Shown here: positions 25,520-32,000 of the stretch, in pieces
How the letters are laid out: the number at the start of each line of letters is the position of its first letter
Position numbering within the stretch: position 1 is the first letter of the stretch
NCBI RefSeq assembly: GCF_000179635.2
Contig: NC_014833.1
Coordinates: 300,001-332,000 of the forward strand
Direction: 5' to 3'
DNA length: 32,000 bases
Origin: Ruminococcus albus 7 = DSM 20455
Lineage (GTDB): Bacteria > Bacillota > Clostridia > Oscillospirales > Ruminococcaceae
Program-made: the position numbers and the translations under genes
The notes under the pieces: model-generated
Database searches by the model: none
Seen by the model: the letters and a program-made list of their open reading frames with translations, nothing else
What the model was told of the DNA's origin: nothing

Positions 25520-28144
25520 ATGGCAACTAAGTATTGCTATCTCTTCTCTGAGGGTAATGCCAACATGAGAGAGCTGCTCGGCGGTAAGGGCGCAAACCTG
25601 GCTGAGATGACCAACATCGGTCTTCCTGTTCCCCAGGGCTTCACTATCACTACCGAGGCTTGCACACAGTATTATGAGGACGGCGGTATCTCTGAAGAGA
25701 TCCAGAAGGAGATCAATGAGTATATCGTAAAGATGGAAGGCATCACAGGCAAGAAGTTCGGTGACAAGGAGAATCCTCTCCTCGTTTCTGTTCGTTCCGG
25801 TGCAAGAGCTTCCATGCCCGGTATGATGGATACAATCCTGAACCTGGGTCTTAACGAAACTGTTGTTAACACTATCGCTGAGAAGTCCAACAACCCCAGA
25901 TGGGCTTGGGACTGCTACAGAAGATTTATCCAGATGTATTCTGACGTTGTTATGGAGGTCGGCAAGAAGTACTTTGAAGAGCTGATCGACAAGATGAAGG
26001 AAGAAAAGGGCGTAACTCAGGACGTTGAGCTGACTGCTGAAGACCTGAAGGTACTGGCTGGCCAGTTCAAGGCAGAGTACAAGGCTAAGATCGGCGTTGA
26101 TTTCCCTGACGATCCTAAGGAGCAGCTGATGGGCGCTATCAAGGCTGTATTCCGTTCTTGGGATAACCCCAGAGCTAACGTTTACAGACGTGACAACGAT
26201 ATTCCTTTCTCTTGGGGTACTGCTGTTAACGTACAGTCTATGGCATTCGGTAACATGGGTGACGACTGCGGTACAGGCGTTGCATTCACCAGAGATCCCG
26301 CTACAGGCGAGAAGAAGCTGATGGGTGAGTTCCTGACTAACGCTCAGGGCGAGGACGTTGTTGCAGGTGTTCGTACTCCTATGCCTATCCAGCAGATGGC
26401 TGAGACCTTCCCTGAGGCATTCGCTCAGTTCAAGGAAGTTTGCCAGACTCTGGAGAACCACTATCACGATATGCAGGATATGGAGTTCACTGTTGAGAAC
26501 AAGAAGCTCTACATGCTGCAGACCAGAAATGGTAAGAGAACTGCTCAGGCTGCTCTGAAGATCGCTTGCGATCTCGTTGATGAGGGCATGAAGACCGAGC
26601 AGGAAGCTGTTGCTATGATCGACCCCAGAAACCTGGATACTCTGCTTCACCCTCAGTTCGATGCTAAGGCACTGAAGGCAGCTACTCCTGTTGGTAAGGG
26701 CCTGGGCGCTTCTCCCGGAGCTGCTTGCGGTAAGATCGTATTCACAGCTGATGACGCTGTTGAATGGGCTGAGAAGGGTGAGAAGGTAGTTCTGGTAAGA
26801 CTGGAAACTTCTCCTGAGGACATCACCGGTATGAAGGCTGCTCAGGGTATCCTGACTGTTCGTGGCGGTATGACTTCTCACGCTGCCGTTGTTGCTAGAG
26901 GTATGGGCGAGTGCTGCGTATCCGGCTGCGGCGACATCAAGATGGACGAAGCTAACAAGAAGTTCGAGCTGGGCGGAAAGACCTTCAAGGAGGGTGACTA
27001 CATCTCCATCGACGGTACAACAGGTAACATCTATGATGGTATCATTCCTACCGTTGACGCTCAGATCGCAGGTGAGTTCGGCAGAATCATGGCTTGGGCT
27101 GACAAGTACAGAACTCTGAAGGTTAGAACTAACGCTGATACTCCTGCTGACGCTAAGAAGGCTAGAGAGCTGGGCGCTGAGGGTATCGGTCTGTGCCGTA
27201 CCGAGCACATGTTCTTCGAGGCTGACAGAATCGCAGCATTCAGAGAGATGATCTGCGCTGACACCGTTGAAGAGAGAGAAGCTGCTCTGGCTAAGATCGA
27301 GCCTATGCAGCAGGCTGACTTCGAGGCTCTGTATGAGGCTCTGGAAGGCTGCCCTGTTACTATCAGATTCCTGGATCCTCCTCTCCACGAGTTCGTTCCT
27401 ACTGAGGAAGAGGATATCAAGGCACTGGCAAACGCTCAGGGCAAGTCCGTTGAGGATATCAAGGCTCTGATCGCTGGTCTCCACGAGTTCAACCCCATGA
27501 TGGGTCACCGTGGCTGCCGTCTGGCTGTAACATATCCCGAGATCGCTAAGATGCAGACAGCTGCTGTTATCAAGGCTGCTATCAACGTTCAGAAGAAGCA
27601 CGCTGACTGGAACGTTAAGCCTGAGATAATGATCCCTCTGGTAGGCGATGTTAAGGAGCTCAAGTTCGTTAAGAAGGTTGTAGTTGAGACTGCTGACGCT
27701 GTTATCAAGGCTGCAGGTTCTGATCTGAAGTACGAAGTTGGTACTATGATCGAGATACCCAGAGCTGCTCTGACTGCTGACGATATCGCTGCAAACGCTG
27801 ACTTCTTCTGCTTCGGTACTAACGACCTGACTCAGATGACCTACGGCTTCTCCAGAGATGACGCAGGCAAGTTCCTGGGCGCTTACTATGACAAGAAGAT
27901 CTTCGAGAACGATCCTTTCGCTAAGCTGGATCAGACTGGTGTTGGCAAGCTGATGGAAATGGCTATCAAGCTCGGCAAGCCCGTTAATCCTAAACTCCAC
28001 TGCGGTATCTGCGGTGAGCACGGCGGCGATCCTACTTCCGTAGAGTTCTGCCACAAGATCGGTCTGGATTATGTATCCTGCTCTCCTTTCAGAGTGCCGA
28101 TCGCAAGACTGGCTGCAGCTCAGGCTGCTATCGCTTCTAAGTAA
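25520..28144 (+). CDS. ppdK: Pyruvate, phosphate dikinase
   Basis: 874 aa. The N-terminus is MATKYCYLFSEGNANMRELLGGKGANLAEM, the phospho-His loop is GGMTSHAAVVARGMG, and the PEP-utilising C-terminus has GTNDLTQ and GICGEHGGDP. GGAGG SD. Confidence 0.97.
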   Translation: MATKYCYLFSEGNANMRELLGGKGANLAEMTNIGLPVPQGFTITTEACTQYYEDGGISEEIQKEINEYIVKMEGITGKKFGDKENPLLVSVRSGARASMPGMMDTILNLGLNETVVNTIAEKSNNPRWAWDCYRRFIQMYSDVVMEVGKKYFEELIDKMKEEKGVTQDVELTAEDLKVLAGQFKAEYKAKIGVDFPDDPKEQLMGAIKAVFRSWDNPRANVYRRDNDIPFSWGTAVNVQSMAFGNMGDDCGTGVAFTRDPATGEKKLMGEFLTNAQGEDVVAGVRTPMPIQQMAETFPEAFAQFKEVCQTLENHYHDMQDMEFTVENKKLYMLQTRNGKRTAQAALKIACDLVDEGMKTEQEAVAMIDPRNLDTLLHPQFDAKALKAATPVGKGLGASPGAACGKIVFTADDAVEWAEKGEKVVLVRLETSPEDITGMKAAQGILTVRGGMTSHAAVVARGMGECCVSGCGDIKMDEANKKFELGGKTFKEGDYISIDGTTGNIYDGIIPTVDAQIAGEFGRIMAWADKYRTLKVRTNADTPADAKKARELGAEGIGLCRTEHMFFEADRIAAFREMICADTVEEREAALAKIEPMQQADFEALYEALEGCPVTIRFLDPPLHEFVPTEEEDIKALANAQGKSVEDIKALIAGLHEFNPMMGHRGCRLAVTYPEIAKMQTAAVIKAAINVQKKHADWNVKPEIMIPLVGDVKELKFVKKVVVETADAVIKAAGSDLKYEVGTMIEIPRAALTADDIAANADFFCFGTNDLTQMTYGFSRDDAGKFLGAYYDKKIFENDPFAKLDQTGVGKLMEMAIKLGKPVNPKLHCGICGEHGGDPTSVEFCHKIGLDYVSCSPFRVPIARLAAAQAAIASK

Positions 28145-28263
28145 TAGTTTTAAAGCCGCGTTTTCATGGGAGTTTTATACACCCTTTGAAATTGTGGAAG
28201 CTATTAATGTAAGATCAGTAGCGATATATTGTGTTCTGTCTTTAAGCAGGCAGAACATACGAT

Positions 28264-28320
28264 AAAAAATCAAAGCCTCGTATCGACGGTGTTTATACAC
28301 CGTTGGTACGGGGCTTTTTT
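28264..28320. terminator. Bidirectional rho-independent terminator between ppdK and the AraC-family gene
   Basis: A stem of about 20 bp (AAAGCCTCGTATCGACGGTG / CACCGTTGGTACGGGGCTTT, 17 Watson-Crick pairs plus 2 G-U wobbles and one mismatch) is flanked by an A-run and a T-run. Confidence 0.7.
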
Positions 28321-28321
28321 G

Positions 28322-30550
28322 TTATTTCTCTCCCTTTGTTTTTCGATATTCGTTTGGCGATACTCCGTTTTTCTTTTTGAACTGTCGGATAAAGTGACTG
28401 GTGTTATGATATCCACAGCGTTCAGCGATCTCCGTAACAGATAGTTCCGTATGTATCAGATGGTATTCAGCACTGTCCATTCTTGCTGATATGATGTCCT
28501 CCTTACAGCTTGTACCGAATAATTCCTTGTATATTCTCTGAAAATGGCTTTTGCTTATCCCGAGACTTCTTGTGATAGATTTTACGTTCCATGGATTATG
28601 CGGAGAATTGAATATACTTTCGCGCAGCGATGTGAATGTATCCCTATAACTGAAAATGCCTGCCTGCATGGAAAGTATTTTGCCTTTGATGTTCTGAACG
28701 GCAGTATCCAGTATTTCTGAGAAACTGAATATGTCTGCCGACGATATCTTTTCAGAAAGAAAGACAATGTTTTCGGGTTCGATCACTACCGTACCTTTAT
28801 AGATCGTATCCATTTTGTCTGCGATTTCTCTTGCCCAATCCCGATGCAGGCCGTTTTGATCGCTTTCGCTGCTGACGATAACGATCAGATCATCTTCGAT
28901 ACTTGCAAGCAGCATTTCTTCGGGAGATGAGATCCTGAGGGCGTTGACGATCGCGTGGATCGGCGGAACAGGATATTTTTTCTTTTCATTTTGTAAGTAC
29001 GAAATGATCGTAAGCGTCATGGATGTTTCACTGTCATCCATTATTATCTGCGTCAGCCGCCCGATCAGCCCGCGTTTGTTGTATATACCGAGTATCGGTG
29101 CGTATTCCGATATAGCCTCGATCCGCTTATTGACATAAGTTTTATACATTATATTCTGTACGATGTTCAACCCGACGCTGACTGAATCGCACCAATTCAT
29201 CAGATAATCATCAAGAATGATATCAGCAGCATTTTTATAACTGAAACATATATATCCAAATATCTGCCCTTTGTAGTGAAGCGAAGTTGCAACTGTCAGC
29301 TGAGGACTATGAGGCTGTGTAAAAAAAGGAAGCAGTTCAGAAGAAGGAAATTTGGAAAAAGATGTATTGATACAGTTATCGGCTGATTCAAAACCGAGCA
29401 GCATATTTGATGATAATCCGCCGCGTCTGTAAAGAGCAGGATTTTGAAAATTTCTTTTCCAGTCTTCACACAAGCATATTTCTGCCCTTGTGAAGCCGGG
29501 TATCATAAAAATACATTCGCCTGTTGTGCGCATTACATCTTCGGGGGTGCTGCATTCCGACATCTTGCTCAGGATGTTAGCGCAGCTTCCTAAACGATAG
29601 CTTTGCTTTAGCCGATAAAATGAGCCTGCATAATCACGGATCTCTGAAAGCGCATTGTTTTGTTCGATATTTCTGATATCTGTACAGCCGCAGCTTTCAC
29701 CGATCACAAGTGAGAAATCGTGTTCATCTGATTCAGTTACCTCATACCCCATGAGCCTGAGCAGCTGTTCGGCAGAACGTCTGCCGCAATATCTCGCCTG
29801 CCCGGCAACAGTAGTTATGGAAACATACTCGGTCAATGATATCAGATCGCCGTCACAGCCTGTGATCTTTATATCATCCGGTACACAGATACCATGTGAT
29901 CTTAGTGTGCGGCAAAGCTCAACTGCCATGATATCACTTGCACAAACGATCCCATCCGGTAAGGGTATCTTTCCTTCGGCAAGCTGTATACCGATTTCAT
30001 GAGGTATTGTACTCCAGTATTCTCCGTAGAAGATACAGCTTTCATCATACGGCAGACCTGCCTTATCCATTGCTTTGCGAAAGCCTGAGATACGGAGCTC
30101 TGATTTTTCATCTCCCTTATGACCACCGATACAATATAACCTGCGGCAATTATGCTTGCGTATAAGATGTTCGGCTGACAAGTACAGAAGCTCACTTTCG
30201 GGCATAGTTATCACCGGAAACTCATCCTGCTGATAACCGATCACAACACAGGGCTTTTCGGTTTTGCGGATCATATCAAAAATACGGCTCCGCAGTCTGT
30301 CACTGCAAAACAGGTCTGCCAGAAAGATAAAGCCGTCAAAGTCGGATGAAATGATCAGATCATAAATGTTGATCAATCCCTTATTGTAATCCTCGTCTAT
30401 CATTTCGTTCATGAAGTTTATAATGCCTGAGAGCAGAATGGTATCATATCCATAATGGATAAATGTTTTATGGATGACTTCTACAAATTTGACATCAAGA
30501 TTATTGATCAGGTGCGGAACGATAACACCGATACGTCCTCTGCTATTCAC
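28322..30550 (-). CDS. Hybrid transcriptional regulator: LacI-type periplasmic-binding-protein-like sugar-binding domain + central sensory/GGDEF-like region + C-terminal AraC HTH
   Basis: The stop at 28322 is secure. The start is ambiguous: GTG 30550 has AAGGAGGTG 6 nt upstream, with alternatives at ATG 30568 or GTG 30583 (end of the supplied ORF). The N-terminus has RIGVIVPHL and GIVCASDIMAVELCRTL (PBP type 1). The C-terminus has SVTEIAERCGYHNTSHFIRQFKKKNGVSPNEYRK (AraC HTH). Confidence 0.88.
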   Translation of the reverse strand: MNSRGRIGVIVPHLINNLDVKFVEVIHKTFIHYGYDTILLSGIINFMNEMIDEDYNKGLINIYDLIISSDFDGFIFLADLFCSDRLRSRIFDMIRKTEKPCVVIGYQQDEFPVITMPESELLYLSAEHLIRKHNCRRLYCIGGHKGDEKSELRISGFRKAMDKAGLPYDESCIFYGEYWSTIPHEIGIQLAEGKIPLPDGIVCASDIMAVELCRTLRSHGICVPDDIKITGCDGDLISLTEYVSITTVAGQARYCGRRSAEQLLRLMGYEVTESDEHDFSLVIGESCGCTDIRNIEQNNALSEIRDYAGSFYRLKQSYRLGSCANILSKMSECSTPEDVMRTTGECIFMIPGFTRAEICLCEDWKRNFQNPALYRRGGLSSNMLLGFESADNCINTSFSKFPSSELLPFFTQPHSPQLTVATSLHYKGQIFGYICFSYKNAADIILDDYLMNWCDSVSVGLNIVQNIMYKTYVNKRIEAISEYAPILGIYNKRGLIGRLTQIIMDDSETSMTLTIISYLQNEKKKYPVPPIHAIVNALRISSPEEMLLASIEDDLIVIVSSESDQNGLHRDWAREIADKMDTIYKGTVVIEPENIVFLSEKISSADIFSFSEILDTAVQNIKGKILSMQAGIFSYRDTFTSLRESIFNSPHNPWNVKSITRSLGISKSHFQRIYKELFGTSCKEDIISARMDSAEYHLIHTELSVTEIAERCGYHNTSHFIRQFKKKNGVSPNEYRKTKGEK

Positions 30551-30619
30551 AGTGACCACCTCCTTCATATACCTATTATACACATACGATTTCCTGCCGT
30601 CAATAGATTATTTATTATG

Positions 30620-30653
30620 TTTGGGGCAAAACGCATATTTTTTGGTGCGAAAA
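30620..30653 (+). promoter_or_regulatory. Direct repeats TTTGGGGCAAAAC / TTTGGTGCGAAAA (21-bp register) upstream of the second mannanase gene
   Basis: Two 13-mers with 10/13 identity start at 30620 and 30641. A weaker third copy starts at 30665, and TATAAT is at 30681-30686 with a poor -35. Confidence 0.3.
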
Positions 30654-30730
30654 ATCATTTCATTTTTGGAGATGATGATTTATAATGTTCAGTATAAGGT
30701 CCGGAATGTATACTCAAGGAGGTTATATTC

Positions 30731-32000
30731 ATGAAACGATTTATTTCAGCAGCACTGATCGCTGCAATGGCGGCAGGAACGGTCTCGCAGTTCCCGCTTC
30801 AGGCAACAGCGGCAGGAAACAGCTATGAGCTGGAAAACGGAACCATTTATGATGCAGGAGAGAACACTACAAAAGTACTGTCTTTGACAGGTGCAAGCGG
30901 CGGTAAAGTCATCGACCTGAAAGATGCAGGCGATTCTGTTACCATATCAGCCAATATGGCAAGTGCAGGTATGTACAAGCTGACACTGCGTTACAGTCAG
31001 CCCTTTGATGAAGGCGGAAAATACCAGAACATACTTATCAACGGTGAGAATATCGGACAGATACAGTGTGCTTACACAGGTCAGAATAAATTTGCGGAAG
31101 TCAGCACCTTGGCATACCTTGATAAGGGAGCAAACAAGATTACCATTCAGGGATCCTGGGGCTGGACCTATCTTGATAAACTGACGATAGATAAAAGCGA
31201 GGTATCTGTAGGAAACATAAATACATCCCTATCCAATCCGAATGCTTCTGCACAGGCGAAGTCCCTATACAGTTTCTTGTGTGATACTTACGGGGATCAT
31301 ATTATTTCTGGTCAGCAGGAGTCCACTTGGATGGGCAGTGAAGATTATGAAATGAATATCATCAAGAACGCCAGCGGAAAATATCCTGCCCTTCGCGGAC
31401 TTGACTATATGGGCGATGACTTTTCAGGCTGCAACCGTCGTGCAAAAGCATGGTATGCAAAAGGCGGCATTGTTACGATATGCTGGCATTGTGGAAGTGA
31501 TTTCAGCGGAAGCCACTCGGAGGCACTTGCAACTGATCTTGACTGGAACAAGGCGCTGACTCCCGGAACAAATGAGTACAATAAACTCATAGCGGGTATG
31601 GACAAGGGTGCAAAGGCACTGCTGGAACTGAAGCAGGCAGGCATACCTGTTATATGGCGTCCCTTCCACGAATTTGACGGTAAGTGGTTCTGGTGGGGCA
31701 AAGGTGGAGCTGATAATTTCAAAAAGCTCTGGAGGATAATGTACGACCGCTATACCAATGTATGGGGACTTGACAATCTTATCTGGAATCTTGGTTATTG
31801 CGGAGACGTCAACAGCGGCTGGTATCCGGGTGATGAATATGTAGATATTGTCGGAGCTGATACTTACGTAGACAATACCAATTCACTCGTCGGTATATAT
31901 CAGAAAGCAGCACAGGTCACCAATAAAGCCGTTTGCCTGCACGAGAACGGTCCTATACCCGATCCCGATAAGCTGACAGCGGAAGGTGCAAAATGGCTGT
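30731..32000 (+). CDS. Secreted endo-beta-1,4-mannanase, CBM35-like module + GH26 domain (3' end beyond the window)
   Basis: This ORF is not in the supplied track because it runs off the edge; I translated it by hand. GGAGG SD, then MKRFISAALIAAMAAGTVSQFPLQATAAGN (signal peptide). The CBM part reads YELENGTIYDAG...WGWTYLDKLTI. The GH26 part has VTICWHCG, IPVIWRPFHEFDGKWFWWG, LIWNLGY, YVDIVGADTY and CLHENG. No stop through 32000. Confidence 0.9.
   Translation, partial: MKRFISAALIAAMAAGTVSQFPLQATAAGNSYELENGTIYDAGENTTKVLSLTGASGGKVIDLKDAGDSVTISANMASAGMYKLTLRYSQPFDEGGKYQNILINGENIGQIQCAYTGQNKFAEVSTLAYLDKGANKITIQGSWGWTYLDKLTIDKSEVSVGNINTSLSNPNASAQAKSLYSFLCDTYGDHIISGQQESTWMGSEDYEMNIIKNASGKYPALRGLDYMGDDFSGCNRRAKAWYAKGGIVTICWHCGSDFSGSHSEALATDLDWNKALTPGTNEYNKLIAGMDKGAKALLELKQAGIPVIWRPFHEFDGKWFWWGKGGADNFKKLWRIMYDRYTNVWGLDNLIWNLGYCGDVNSGWYPGDEYVDIVGADTYVDNTNSLVGIYQKAAQVTNKAVCLHENGPIPDPDKLTAEGAKWL

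Noticed and set aside
25493-28054. 853-aa ORF antisense to ppdK, the second-longest ORF in the window
   Set aside because: It is in exact register with a strongly codon-biased gene, so the absence of stops follows from avoidance of TTA/CTA/TCA. The product is low-complexity Ser/Leu/Val-rich with no recognisable motif, no SD and no promoter. ppdK on the other strand has unmistakable motifs.
31405-31722. Minus-strand ORFs of 105 and 81 aa near the right edge
   Set aside because: They lie antisense inside the hand-translated GH26 gene, which is absent from the track only because it lacks a stop within the window.

Overview
This is a chromosomal, mostly housekeeping window from a moderate-GC anaerobic Firmicute (Clostridia). 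A type-I dockerin protein, two CBM+GH26 mannanases, ppdK and yabPQ suggest a Ruminococcus-like fibre degrader, but that is inference only. Gene order: (1) F1Fo ATP synthase operon on the minus strand (atpI-B-E-F-H-A-G plus the first 53 codons of atpD at the left edge); (2) lipoprotein CBM-GH26 mannanase; (3) GT2 glycosyltransferase; (4) a tightly packed murC-lexA-zinc-ribbon membrane protein string; (5) a heterodimeric ABC exporter pair; (6) a 1195-aa LRR/Big_2/dockerin protein; (7) yabP-yabQ; (8) a tightly coupled MBOAT-like / disordered membrane protein / TIGR01212 radical-SAM operon; (9) an SDR epimerase; (10) a small membrane protein + XRE regulator module with clear operator palindromes; (11) ppdK; (12) a roughly 750-aa sugar-binding/GGDEF-like/AraC hybrid regulator; (13) divergent from it, a second CBM-GH26 mannanase truncated by the right edge. 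I found no rRNA, tRNA, CRISPR array, transposase, integrase, phage gene or recognisable defence gene, so I do not think this is an accessory or defence island, and I cannot point to a clear novel system. The most unusual items are: the MBOAT-like protein that seems to lack both conserved histidines and is coupled to a disordered membrane protein and a radical-SAM enzyme; the lexA-linked zinc-ribbon membrane protein (candidate SOS effector) with no visible SOS box; a two-carboxylate Na+-type c-subunit; paired palindromes bracketing the atp promoter; and the hybrid AraC regulator with direct repeats in front of the mannanase gene. All family calls are by-eye motif recognition on the supplied translations; no searches were run.
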